A stretch of DNA of 64,000 nt from Spirochaetia bacterium (GTDB lineage Bacteria; Spirochaetota; Spirochaetia; SZUA-6; Bin103). Made by a program: the position numbers and the translations under genes. Where the stretch lies: positions 1,696,001 through 1,760,000 of the forward strand of contig CBDATQ010000001.1 of NCBI GenBank assembly GCA_965199955.1, in the 5' to 3' direction. Shown here piece after piece: positions 39,653 to 49,055 of this stretch (positions within the stretch are counted from its first letter, which is position 1; every line of letters starts with the position of its first letter). The notes under the pieces were generated by a model, which was not told the DNA's origin, searched no databases, and saw nothing but the letters and a program-made list of their open reading frames with translations.

Positions 39653-40636
39653 TCAGGGCTCGTCGGGCGTCCAGCCCTGCGGGCAGTCCTTGAGGATCGC
39701 CAGCTTGAGGCCGGCCGAGCGGCGGTCCAACTCCGCGGCCGCCTCCGCGGGCAGCTCCCAGTCGGCGTCGCGGAAGTTCTGCCGCACCTGCTCGGGCGTG
39801 TCGGTGCCGATGATGGCGGCGTTCACGGCCGGCAGGCGCAGGCACCAGGCGGTGGCGACGCGGGTGGGGGAGGTGCCGTAGCGGCGGGCGATGTCCAGCA
39901 CCGCGTCGATCACGCGGCCGGCCGCCGGGGTCATGGCGGCGCGGAAGTTGTACGGGCCGCGGTACCAGGAGGTGCCGGCCGGGGGCGGCTGGCCGTAGCG
40001 GTAGCGGCCGGCCAGCAGGCCGATCGCCGTGGTCGCGAAGGCGGTGACGCCTATTCCGGCAGATTCGATGTCCGGCATCAGATCCTCTTCGATTCGCCGG
40101 TCGAGCAGGCTGTAGCCCACCTGGTTGCAGACGTAGCTCACCCAGCCGCGTTCCCGGCTGATCCGGGCCGACTCCAGCACCTGAGCCGCGCTGAAGTTGC
40201 TCACCCCCGGATAGCGCACCTTGCCATCGGTCACCAGTTGGTCGAACGCGGACAGCGTCTCGTCGAGCGGCGTGTCCGGGTCGGGGAAGTGGCACAGGTA
40301 GCAGTCGATATAGTCGGTGTCGAGCCGCCGCAGGCTCTCCTCGCAGGCGCGCAGGATGTAATCGCGCTTCAAGCCCCCCGCGGCGCCGGGCATGGGCGAG
40401 CCGACCTTGGTAGTGACGACGAAGCGGTCACGCCGCCCCTTGACCGCCGCGCCGACGGTCCGCTCGGAGCGTCCGGTGCCGTAGAAGTCGGCGCAGTCCA
40501 GGAAGTTGCAGCCGCGCTCGGCGGCGGCGTGGATGGTGGCGATGCCGGTCGCCGTATCCGGCTCGCTGCGGAACACGGTGCCCAGGCAGAGCCGGGAGAC
40601 CCGCAGGTCCGAGGTGCCCAGGCGGGTGTACTGCAC
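39653..40636 (-). CDS. Aldo/keto reductase
   Basis: LGTSDLRVSRLCLGT, DCADFYG, SLRRLDTDYID, GKVRY.GVSN. Confidence 0.9.
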   Translation of the reverse strand: MQYTRLGTSDLRVSRLCLGTVFRSEPDTATGIATIHAAAERGCNFLDCADFYGTGRSERTVGAAVKGRRDRFVVTTKVGSPMPGAAGGLKRDYILRACEESLRRLDTDYIDCYLCHFPDPDTPLDETLSAFDQLVTDGKVRYPGVSNFSAAQVLESARISRERGWVSYVCNQVGYSLLDRRIEEDLMPDIESAGIGVTAFATTAIGLLAGRYRYGQPPPAGTSWYRGPYNFRAAMTPAAGRVIDAVLDIARRYGTSPTRVATAWCLRLPAVNAAIIGTDTPEQVRQNFRDADWELPAEAAAELDRRSAGLKLAILKDCPQGWTPDEP

Positions 40637-40653
40637 GGCTGCCGTCCTGTCGG

Positions 40654-41847
40654 TCAGGTCGTGAGGCCGGCCGCTCGGAGCGCGGGCGCGATCCAGTCGA
40701 CGCAGCGGGCGGGCGCCTCGGCGTAGTTGTAGAACCCGATCGCGTGGGCGCCGGCATCTGCCACGGCACGCACGCTGTCGACCATCGCCTGCTCGGTGAC
40801 GATCGGCATGCCGTACTGCGGGCCGCCGTAGAAGCCCATGCGGAGCAGCACGATCAGCTCCTGGCCACCGTCGAGCCCGGCGCGGGCGTCGCGGGCGATC
40901 TGTGCGGTCCGGTGCGGCGGCTGGCCGTATGCGCCGCCCATCACCAGTTGAACCGACGGATCGGCCGAGCCCATCAGCCGCACGCCGTGCGGCTCGGCCT
41001 CCCGCCTGAACTCCTGAAGCAGCCGCGCCTCGTTTGCCCCAAGCGAGCGTTCGTAGTCGTCCAGGGCAGGATGCAGGCGGTGGAACGCCTCCAGCGTATC
41101 GGGCAGATCCGCGGGCGCGTCGGGCGCGGCCGCCAGGTAGGATTCCAGGTGCTCGCGCATGGCGGCCCGCAGCGCCGCCGCGTCGACGCCGTCACGCTCC
41201 GCGCCGGCCATGTCCTCCGGGTTGAACGACACGTCCAGCAAGGCGGTCTCCAGCTCGCGCAGGTGCGTCCCCTGCCGCTCGTGGTGATGGCCGCCGACCC
41301 AGGAGCCGCCGTGGGCGCGGGCGCGGTAGTCGGCCGCCTCCAGCATGATCGTGTCCAGCGGATAACGGGACAGGTCGCGGATCACGCCGCGGGCGAACGC
41401 CGCCGCCGTGGGGTGGCCGGGCGTGAGCGCGTGCGGGTAGCTGTCGCCGAACGCGTTGTGGATGGTCAGCTCCGGGTGGGCCAGGCCGATGCGCGAGTTG
41501 TGCAGCAGCACCGTCCACGAGCACATCCGCAGTCCGGCGCGCGTAGCCGCCTGGCAGATGTCGCCGAACAGGTCCCGCCCGTTGCTGACGGCGGCGATCT
41601 GCGGCGTGAGGCCCTCGGGGTAGCACTCCGGGTCCGGACGGTAGTAGGCGACCCCGTCCTCCAGCATGTGCACCTTGCGGCGCGGGTTGTGAGGATAGAA
41701 GAAGAAACCGGCGTGGTAGAGGCTGGCCACCGCCAGATGGGTGACGCCGAGGTCGCGGGCGCGGCCGACGAGATCCTCGATTCCTTCGTCGACGAAGTCC
41801 CACGGATAGCAGAACAGGTACGCTGCTCGCAGATTGGCCGGGCTCAT
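40654..41847 (-). CDS. Hypothetical glycoside-hydrolase-like TIM-barrel protein
   Basis: YPWD, A.LYH, WTVLLHNSR.G, NAFGD.Y, C-terminal GFYNY. Confidence 0.65.
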   Translation of the reverse strand: MSPANLRAAYLFCYPWDFVDEGIEDLVGRARDLGVTHLAVASLYHAGFFFYPHNPRRKVHMLEDGVAYYRPDPECYPEGLTPQIAAVSNGRDLFGDICQAATRAGLRMCSWTVLLHNSRIGLAHPELTIHNAFGDSYPHALTPGHPTAAAFARGVIRDLSRYPLDTIMLEAADYRARAHGGSWVGGHHHERQGTHLRELETALLDVSFNPEDMAGAERDGVDAAALRAAMREHLESYLAAAPDAPADLPDTLEAFHRLHPALDDYERSLGANEARLLQEFRREAEPHGVRLMGSADPSVQLVMGGAYGQPPHRTAQIARDARAGLDGGQELIVLLRMGFYGGPQYGMPIVTEQAMVDSVRAVADAGAHAIGFYNYAEAPARCVDWIAPALRAAGLTT

Positions 41848-42959
41848 GCCGCCGCCCCCTCGATCGGCGCGCTGTAGTGAGCCAGGGCATCCTGGTCCAG
41901 CTCGATCCCCAGGCCGGGAGCGTCCGGCACCACCAGCAGGCCGTCCTCGAACGGGATCGGATCGACGATCAGGTCGTCCTCGCGTAGCAGGCTGCCGATG
42001 ATGTCGCACGGCAGCTCGCACCCGGCCGCCGCCGCGGCGTGCACGCTCGACATGTCGCGCACCCCCAGGTCGACGCCGGTGCCGCGCCAGGTCGGCAGCC
42101 CGGCCTTGCGCGTGAGGGTCGCCCACTCCACGAACTCCTTGAGGGGGCCGAGGAGGTTGTAGCAATCGGCGGCCTCCGCGCGGACCGCCGGCAGCAGGTC
42201 GGTGATCGAGGTCAGGTGCAGCGCCACCGGCTGCGGGATGGTCCCGCGCACTTCGGCGTACCAGTCAAGGCGGTCCTGCGGCATGGGGCTCTCGAAGGTG
42301 ACGCGGTCCAGGCCGTCCAGCGAGCGCGACACCTCGCGCGTGCCCTCTGGATGGTGGAACCGTTCGTTGGGGTCGAGCACGATCGGGAAGTGAGGGGCCA
42401 CCTCGCGAACGGCCGCCACGCGCTCCGCGATCGGGTCGCCGAGCGCGCACTTCATCTTCATGCCGCGGAAGCCCAAATCGAGTCCGGTCTGCGCCCGCGC
42501 GGCGGTGTCTTCCGGCGTCCCGCGACCCATCCAGAAGTCCACCGGGACGCGGTCGATCTTCTTGCCGCCCAGCAGGTGGTGGACCGGCACGCCCAGGTGC
42601 CTGCCGAGCAGGTCGAGCCACGCCATCTCGTACGCTTCGTAGATGATGTAGGACTCGTAGTCGTCCGAGTGGGGCAGCGGCAGGTTGCCGACCGGCAGGT
42701 CGATCAGCTCCTTGCCGATCAGCAGGTCGGCCTGCTCGCGCAGCGGGACGTACAGGTCGCCGCGGCGCGGCTCACCCAGCCCGACCAGGCCGCTGTCGGC
42801 CTCCAGCTCGATGATCCACTTGGGGAACTCCCAGAAGTTCAGCGAGCGGCCGGTCACCGGGTCGGGCGCGCACAGCTTGTCGTCCACCCCTTCCGAGTGC
42901 ACGACGCCCGGCCGCATCGGCACCACAACCTGATGAATCCGCACGTCGACGATCTTCAT
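41844..42959 (-). CDS. Enolase superfamily (MR/MLE) enzyme
   Basis: G.VGLGE, EMAWLDL.G, KMK, LDPN, FESP, PGLGIELD. Confidence 0.88.
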   Translation of the reverse strand: MKIVDVRIHQVVVPMRPGVVHSEGVDDKLCAPDPVTGRSLNFWEFPKWIIELEADSGLVGLGEPRRGDLYVPLREQADLLIGKELIDLPVGNLPLPHSDDYESYIIYEAYEMAWLDLLGRHLGVPVHHLLGGKKIDRVPVDFWMGRGTPEDTAARAQTGLDLGFRGMKMKCALGDPIAERVAAVREVAPHFPIVLDPNERFHHPEGTREVSRSLDGLDRVTFESPMPQDRLDWYAEVRGTIPQPVALHLTSITDLLPAVRAEAADCYNLLGPLKEFVEWATLTRKAGLPTWRGTGVDLGVRDMSSVHAAAAAGCELPCDIIGSLLREDDLIVDPIPFEDGLLVVPDAPGLGIELDQDALAHYSAPIEGAAA

Positions 42960-42997
42960 CGCGTCAACCTCCCGCTTCCATAACTCTTCTTTGGATA

Positions 42998-43366
42998 TCA
43001 CAGCTTCGCGATCAGGTCGAAGTGGCTGTCGCAATGCAGGAGCGGCACGTCGTGATGGCGCGCGCACGAGGCCACAAGCAGATCGGTGACCGGAACGGTG
43101 ATGCCCCGATCGCGTGCCCCGGCCGCAAGCGTCACCGCGTGATCCCAGACGGCGACATCGATCTGTAGCGAAGGAATGCTCGCTTCCATCTCGCCCAGCA
43201 CGGTGCGCTCTCCCACACCGCGAGCGCCGTTCCATAGCTCGAGCCGTACCAGGGCGCACCAGGCAGCACCGCCTGCGGACAGAAGCGTCTCCACGCGCCG
43301 GCGGACCGCCACGTCACCGTCACGTCTGAGCTGTTCGATCCACGCGGACGTGTCGATGAGTGTCAT
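42998..43366 (-). CDS. vapC: VapC-family PIN toxin
   Basis: LIDTSAWI, LEL..G, DLLVA..A, LH.D.HF. Confidence 0.88.
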   Translation of the reverse strand: MTLIDTSAWIEQLRRDGDVAVRRRVETLLSAGGAAWCALVRLELWNGARGVGERTVLGEMEASIPSLQIDVAVWDHAVTLAAGARDRGITVPVTDLLVASCARHHDVPLLHCDSHFDLIAKL

Positions 43367-43372
43367 GCGCGC

Positions 43373-43591
43373 TCATGCGCCGCTGCTGCCGGCCTCGCTC
43401 AGCTCGGTTCGTTCCAGCGTCGTATTGTCGACGAAGTCACAGGTTCCGGAGTAACGGATCAGGCTGGCCATGCGGCGCCTCTGGTTGAACTCCCGCAGGG
43501 CGGTGACCACCGCCTCGCGCTTGGACTTTGCATTCAGGAACCGCATTGCATCATCGAGCTCGCTCGATGGAATATCAATCGTCGTCTTCAC
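43373..43591 (-). CDS. vapB: VapB-type antitoxin
   Basis: MKTTIDIP...L..AM....K.KREAV..AL; directly upstream of vapC. Confidence 0.82.
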   Translation of the reverse strand: MKTTIDIPSSELDDAMRFLNAKSKREAVVTALREFNQRRRMASLIRYSGTCDFVDNTTLERTELSEAGSSGA

Positions 43592-43808
43592 GCATCCATA
43601 GTATGTCACAAAGCGCGATTGGACGATCCCGCTCTGGAACCCTTCCAGATGGGCCCCAAGCCCCCAGTCACGGCGCATGTTGAAGCGCGACGGACCTGCC
43701 TGCGTTTAACCAGGCGAGCGTGGGCCGCCGCGGCCCATCTGGTTGACGGCCTGCGCCGCGGAGCGTTAGAACGAGGGAGGAAGCCATGACTCGAGACGAG
43801 GCGCGAAC

Positions 43809-44150
43809 GTGAGCGCCGAATTGATCGGCATCCTGGCGGTAGGGGTCGCGCTGGCTTCGCTCATGCTGACCGCCTTGCGCGCTGTCCGCACCGACTTGCG
43901 GCGCGAAATCGCCCGGGAAACGGGAACGGTGTGCAACGAGCTGCGCGGCGAGATCCATGCTGCGCGCGACGAGTTGCGCGACGAGCTGCGCGCGGACATC
44001 CGCGGCCTCGACGACCGGATGCGCACGCAGGAGCGTGGGCTGGCGCGACTCGAAGGACTCCTGGAAGGATTGCGCGAGGCGGTGTTGGTGCGCGCTGCCC
44101 CTTGGCCCACCGCCTCGGAGCCCCGGCGCAGCACAGAAGCCCAAGGCTGA
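43809..44150 (+). CDS. Small membrane-anchored coiled-coil protein
   Basis: N-terminal hydrophobic helix, then ELR repeats and LARLEGLLEG. Confidence 0.65.
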   Translation: MSAELIGILAVGVALASLMLTALRAVRTDLRREIARETGTVCNELRGEIHAARDELRDELRADIRGLDDRMRTQERGLARLEGLLEGLREAVLVRAAPWPTASEPRRSTEAQG

Positions 44151-44191
44151 CCGACATCCGTCAGCCCCCTGATTGCCCCCGATACGCGCCG

Positions 44192-46090
44192 CTATGGCGA
44201 CACCGGGGTCTGCCAGGTGCCGTCGAAGTCGGGTGATCCGAGGATGCGGTAGCGCTCGCACGGCAGGTCGAATTCGGCGGCGATGCCGCAGGCGAACTCC
44301 GTGCGCTGCAGCGTGCCGTCCGGAGAGAGCAGCCGGTGGGCGGTCATCTCCGACAGGGCAATCGAGCGGTAGAACGCGCGCCACGTTCGCAGCCACTCGA
44401 GTGCGCGTGCCGTGCGGCCGCTCCGCCAGTCGGCGACCGGGACCGGGTAGCCGTCACGCGGCGACAGCATCCAGTTCCAGGACGGCGGCGCCCCATACAT
44501 CAGCTCATAGAGCCGGTGCGAGCGGCTGGGGAACCAGTCGTAGAACGCTCCCTGGCCGGGGTCGCCGGAGAAACCGGACATGCAGCAGTCGTGGAACACG
44601 AGCTGGCACAACGGGATCGGCTCGCCCACCGGCCGATGCTCGGCGGCCTCGTCCTCCACGCGGGCGCTCAGCCGGTGGCCGCTCCAGTCCGTAAAGAAGA
44701 AGTGGTCGCAGTGCGGGATGGCCCAGAACTGGCGCAGCTCACCGGCCGGGATGATCCCCCGCCGGCGCGTCTCGTCGAAACAGGCCTGCTGGTGCTCGAA
44801 CACCTGCCGGCGCGTCACCGGATGATCAGGCGAGAAGTTGCGCGGCGGAATGCTGGCCGCCGTGTATCCGTCGAAGTAAAGCACGTCGAAGGGGAGGCCT
44901 CGCTCCTCCAGGCCGTCCAGCGCCTCAGAGGTGATCGCGAGCGCCGCGTGGGTGCCGAGATGGTCCGAGCGGGATCCGTCGGCGTTCACCGCCCAGAACG
45001 ACTCGTCATAGCCCGTGACGCCGGGGCTCTGCTCGCACGGGCGGATGAACCCCTGCGTGAGGCAGCCCAGCCCGCGCGCGCGGTTGGCGAAGTCGACCAT
45101 CGGCGCCCAGCCGCCGTCACCGGGCTCGTCGACCAGGAACGCCTGGTGGTTCTGGATCGGCGGCCGCCCGTCCGGACCGCCCCACTTGGGGTAGAACAGG
45201 TTGGCGCCGATTCCCATCGACCGTAACCGGCGGAGGTCACCGAGCACCCGCTCCGCGTCCGCGCCGTTCCACTCCGTCCAGCGGAACAGGACGTTGCCGG
45301 CGTACTCGCGAATGCGGGGCGATTCGTCCGCCTTCTCCTCCAGGGTTCGCACCAGTCCCTGCCGCCGCGCGGCGGCGCGGTAGCGCTTGGCCATCGCCAC
45401 GTAGTCCAGATCGCGCGCGAAGTGGAGAAGCAGCCGCCGGGGATAGGCGAGGATGCCCAACTCGTCCGCCGACGAGAAGTCCAGGATCGACCGGTCGCCC
45501 GGCAGGTGGTGGGCGCGGACCTCGGCGTCCCACCACGTGTCCACCGTGGCGCACAGCCCCGCGCCGTCGCGCGTCAGGCCGAAGATCGGCAGCGACCAGC
45601 GCCCGCCGACCTGGATCGGTTCCGGCCCGCGGCCGGGCAGCGCGTCCGGGCAGTCGGCCGGAACCAGGTACCCGGAGCCGTGCGGGAGGACCAGGCAGCC
45701 GCCCTGCGCGGCCGGCCGCTCGAAGCGGTAGAGGTGCTCGACGCGCTGTACGGCGTGCTCGCCGCCCGTCTGTTCGATCTCGATCAGAAGCTCGTCGTCG
45801 TCCGCGTCGAGGCCGATGCCCAGCTCCAGCGCCACGTCCGCGCCGGGATAGTCGGAGAGCGTCATGCGCTGACCGCGGTAGCGTCCGTCGGCGAAGGGAT
45901 GCGCCGAGCGCTGCCGCGCGTCGGCCAGGCCGAAGCGCGGCGCTGGCCCATGGCCGGTGTCGGCGCAGAACGCCGGCGGCAGCAGGCGCGAGCTCTCCCA
46001 CAGCGGCTCGCCGTCGAGCCCGGACACCGTGAGCCGCAGCGCGTCGTCGATCGCGATCCTGACGCCGCGGCCCTGAAGGTTCACCGTCAT
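44192..46090 (-). CDS. Putative glycoside hydrolase (DUF5696/GH129-like)
   Basis: LP.GSG.L, SLP.FG, DYV.MAK.YR, LYFDG, PIPL..LVFHD, T.H..L, T.F..G. Confidence 0.65.
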   Translation of the reverse strand: MTVNLQGRGVRIAIDDALRLTVSGLDGEPLWESSRLLPPAFCADTGHGPAPRFGLADARQRSAHPFADGRYRGQRMTLSDYPGADVALELGIGLDADDDELLIEIEQTGGEHAVQRVEHLYRFERPAAQGGCLVLPHGSGYLVPADCPDALPGRGPEPIQVGGRWSLPIFGLTRDGAGLCATVDTWWDAEVRAHHLPGDRSILDFSSADELGILAYPRRLLLHFARDLDYVAMAKRYRAAARRQGLVRTLEEKADESPRIREYAGNVLFRWTEWNGADAERVLGDLRRLRSMGIGANLFYPKWGGPDGRPPIQNHQAFLVDEPGDGGWAPMVDFANRARGLGCLTQGFIRPCEQSPGVTGYDESFWAVNADGSRSDHLGTHAALAITSEALDGLEERGLPFDVLYFDGYTAASIPPRNFSPDHPVTRRQVFEHQQACFDETRRRGIIPAGELRQFWAIPHCDHFFFTDWSGHRLSARVEDEAAEHRPVGEPIPLCQLVFHDCCMSGFSGDPGQGAFYDWFPSRSHRLYELMYGAPPSWNWMLSPRDGYPVPVADWRSGRTARALEWLRTWRAFYRSIALSEMTAHRLLSPDGTLQRTEFACGIAAEFDLPCERYRILGSPDFDGTWQTPVSP

Positions 46091-46100
46091 CGGGGCAGCG

Positions 46101-47093
46101 TCAACCGGCGGCGTCCAGCGCTTCCAGCAGACCGCGCAGGTACCCGATCGCGAACAGCCGGCCCTTCATCATGTAGCCGGGGTGGTCGTTGGACTCGCCG
46201 GCCATGGTGGGCACGTGATCGGGACGGACCGGGCCGTCGAAGCCGACCTCCCGGTAGGCGCGCAGGGCCGCGGCCATGTCGGTCGGGCCGTCGTCCTGGA
46301 AGGTCTCGACGAAGCGCGAAGCGGTGCCGAGCACGTCGCGGAAGTGCACGAAGAAGATCTTGCGCCCCGCGCCGAAGCGGCGGATCGCCGCCGGTATGTC
46401 GGCGCCCATGGCCGTGAAGTTGCCCTGGCAGAACGTAACGCCGTTGCACGGGCTCGGCACCAGGTTGATGGCGCGTTCCATGTTCGCGACGCTGCGCATG
46501 ATCCGGCCGACGCCGCGGATCGGCGACAGCGGCGGGTCGTCGGGATGCAGCGCCAGTTTCACCCCGTTCGCCTCCGCCACCGGCACGACCCGCTCGCTGA
46601 ACCAGGCGAAGTTCTCCCAGAGTTGCTCCTCGCTGATCAGCAGCCCGTCGGGGCCGGGCGTCAGGCCTTCCGCCGCGGCGCGCCCGCGCGCCTCCATCGC
46701 GGCGTGGTCGTAGGCCGATGACAGCGCGCCGCCGCGCACCGGGACCGCCATGTCGGTGCGCAGCCAGCCGAACACGGCCATGAAGTTCCAGCAGACCGCC
46801 TCCACGCCCGCGGCAGCCAGGTGCTCGAGCATCCGGCAGAAGCGTTCGGCCTCGCGGTCGCGCCCCGGCAGTCCGAGCTTCGCGTCCTCCATCGGCGTCG
46901 GTCCCTCGACCACCGACAGGCGCAACCCGGCGCCGGCGGCCCGTTCGCACAGCCGGTCCAGCGCCTCGCAGTCGGCCGCCGGTGTCCCGTCGGCGCCCAG
47001 CGGAACGCCGCACACCAAGTCGGTGACGCCCATCTGGCGGGCCAGTTCCCACCGTTCGCCCGGCTCGCCCGGCATGTGCAGCGCCAGTCTCAT
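46101..47093 (-). CDS. uxuA: Mannonate dehydratase-like protein
   Basis: CWNFM....W.RT, LALHPDDPP, FCQGN, FVHFRD, RPDHVP. Confidence 0.88.
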   Translation of the reverse strand: MRLALHMPGEPGERWELARQMGVTDLVCGVPLGADGTPAADCEALDRLCERAAGAGLRLSVVEGPTPMEDAKLGLPGRDREAERFCRMLEHLAAAGVEAVCWNFMAVFGWLRTDMAVPVRGGALSSAYDHAAMEARGRAAAEGLTPGPDGLLISEEQLWENFAWFSERVVPVAEANGVKLALHPDDPPLSPIRGVGRIMRSVANMERAINLVPSPCNGVTFCQGNFTAMGADIPAAIRRFGAGRKIFFVHFRDVLGTASRFVETFQDDGPTDMAAALRAYREVGFDGPVRPDHVPTMAGESNDHPGYMMKGRLFAIGYLRGLLEALDAAG

Positions 47094-47111
47094 CCCATCA
47101 TTCCTGGGCCG

Positions 47112-48008
47112 TCATCCCTTGATGGAGCCGACCATCACGCCCTTGGCGAAATGCTTCTGGATGAACGGATAAAGGATCATCATCGGCACGCTGGCAACGA
47201 CGATAAGCGCGAACTTGAGTGTCTGCAAGATCTCCGTGCTCTCCATCAGCGTGCGGATGTCGATGTCTCCCCCCGCCATGGCCTGCGCGATGATGCTCTC
47301 GTTGATGATCAGGATCCGCGCCAGCACGAGCTGCAGCGGGAACTTCGACTCGTCGAACAGGTACAGCAGGGCATTGAAGTAGGTGTTCCAGTGGTCGATG
47401 GCGTACCATAGCACCAGCACCGCCAGGATCGGCCGCGACAGCGGCATCACCACCTGGGCGAGGAAGCGGAGGTCCGAGCAGCCGTCGATCTCCGACGCCT
47501 CGGTGAGCTCCTGCGGCAGGTTGGCGAAGTAGGTGCGCGCGACGATGGTGTTCCAGATGGACAGGCCGGCCGGCAGGATGACCGCCCAGCGCGTGTTGAC
47601 CAGGCCCAGCGAGTTGACCACCAGGAACGTCGGCACGATGCCGCCCCGGAAGAACATCGGGATGAGCACGAAGATGCCGATGATCGCCAGTCCGCGCAGG
47701 TCCTTTCGCGACAGGGGATAGGCCAGGCACACGGTCAGCACCAGGTTGAGCGAGGTGCCGGTCGTCACGTAGAACAGGCTGTTGAGTAAGCCGGAGAGCA
47801 CCAGCTTGTAGCGGAAGATGCGCTCGTAGCTCAGCAGCGTGAAGCCGCGCGGATAGACGGTGACGTCGCCGGCCAGGATGTGGTCGGAGCTGGAGAACGA
47901 GGAGGCGACCACGTTCAGCACCGGGACGACGATGAGCAGGCCGACGGTGACGAGCAGCAGCGTGTTGAAGACGTCGAACGCGCGGTCGCCGGCGCCCTCG
48001 CTACGCAT
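47112..48008 (-). CDS. Carbohydrate ABC permease (LplC-like)
   Basis: AYPLSR, MFF.GG..P, EASEIDG, WN.YF, YPFIQKHFAKG...GSIKG; start approximate. Confidence 0.9.
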   Translation of the reverse strand: MRSEGAGDRAFDVFNTLLLVTVGLLIVVPVLNVVASSFSSSDHILAGDVTVYPRGFTLLSYERIFRYKLVLSGLLNSLFYVTTGTSLNLVLTVCLAYPLSRKDLRGLAIIGIFVLIPMFFRGGIVPTFLVVNSLGLVNTRWAVILPAGLSIWNTIVARTYFANLPQELTEASEIDGCSDLRFLAQVVMPLSRPILAVLVLWYAIDHWNTYFNALLYLFDESKFPLQLVLARILIINESIIAQAMAGGDIDIRTLMESTEILQTLKFALIVVASVPMMILYPFIQKHFAKGVMVGSIKG

Positions 48009-48025
48009 CGCGCGGCGCAGGCCGG

Positions 48026-48979
48026 CTACCACAGGCTGATCTCCGAAAGCCGCCTGGAGACCAGGTTGGCTGACACGATGAGCACCAGGTTGATCACGCC
48101 GTTGAACAGGTCCACGGCCGCGCCCAGGCTGTAGTTGGTGTTCAGGACCCCGACCTTGTAGACGTAGGTGGCGATGATCTCCGAGGAGGCCAGGTTGAGG
48201 GGGTTCTGCAGCAGGTACACCTTCTCGAACCCCAGCGTCATCGCGCTGCCGATCTCCAGGATCAGCAGGATGACGATGGTGGCGCGGATGCCGGGGATGT
48301 CGACGTTCCGGATCTTCTGCAGCTTCGATGCGCCGTCGATCCGCGCCGCGTCGTAGAGCTCGACGTCCACCGCGGACAAGGCGGCGATGTAGATGACCGC
48401 CGCGAAGCCCATGTGCTGCCACACTTCCGAAAGGGCGTAGATGATCGCGAAGTACGACGGATCGGCGATCAGGCTGACCGTCTCCATCCCGAACAGGTCG
48501 AAGAAGAAGCCGATGAACCCGAAGCGCGGATCCAGGAACGTCAGGATCATCCCCGCCATCACCACGGTCGAGATGAAGTGCGGTGCGAAGGCGATCGTCT
48601 GGACCGCGCGCCGCAGCTTCATCCAGCGCATCTCGTTCAGCGCGAGCGCCAGGACGATCGCTGCCGGAAACGCGAAGGCGATGCGCACGAACGCGATGAC
48701 GACGGTGTTGCGGACGATATTCCAGAACTGGAACGATCCCAACAGGCGCTCGAACTCCCGGAATCCGACCCAGGGACTGCCGTGGATGCCCTTGAGCACG
48801 CTGAAGTTCTTGAACGCGATCACCACGCCATACATCGGCGCGTACAGGAAGATCAGCATCCAGGCGATCGGGATCGCCATCAGCAGGTAGAGCTGCCAGT
48901 GCTTCCTGAAAACGGTCGAGAAGGGCCGCTTGCCGATGCGCGGCCGTCCCAGGGCGGGTCGCCGCTCAGACAGCGTCAT
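48026..48979 (-). CDS. Carbohydrate ABC permease (LplB-like)
   Basis: Y.PMYG..IAFK, SPWVG, PHFIS.VV, LYDAARIDGA. Confidence 0.92.
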   Translation of the reverse strand: MTLSERRPALGRPRIGKRPFSTVFRKHWQLYLLMAIPIAWMLIFLYAPMYGVVIAFKNFSVLKGIHGSPWVGFREFERLLGSFQFWNIVRNTVVIAFVRIAFAFPAAIVLALALNEMRWMKLRRAVQTIAFAPHFISTVVMAGMILTFLDPRFGFIGFFFDLFGMETVSLIADPSYFAIIYALSEVWQHMGFAAVIYIAALSAVDVELYDAARIDGASKLQKIRNVDIPGIRATIVILLILEIGSAMTLGFEKVYLLQNPLNLASSEIIATYVYKVGVLNTNYSLGAAVDLFNGVINLVLIVSANLVSRRLSEISLW

Positions 48980-49005
48980 GGACGCTCTTGATGTGACGAA
49001 GGGGA

Positions 49006-49033
49006 CGGGAGCCGCCGACGGCGGCGGCTCCCG
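49006..49033. other. Perfect 12-bp hairpin between the binding-protein and permease genes
   Basis: cgggagccgccg-acgg-cggcggctcccg; position typical of an mRNA-stabilising or attenuating stem. Confidence 0.6.
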
Positions 49034-49055
49034 ATAAACACTTGAACCCTGAGCG

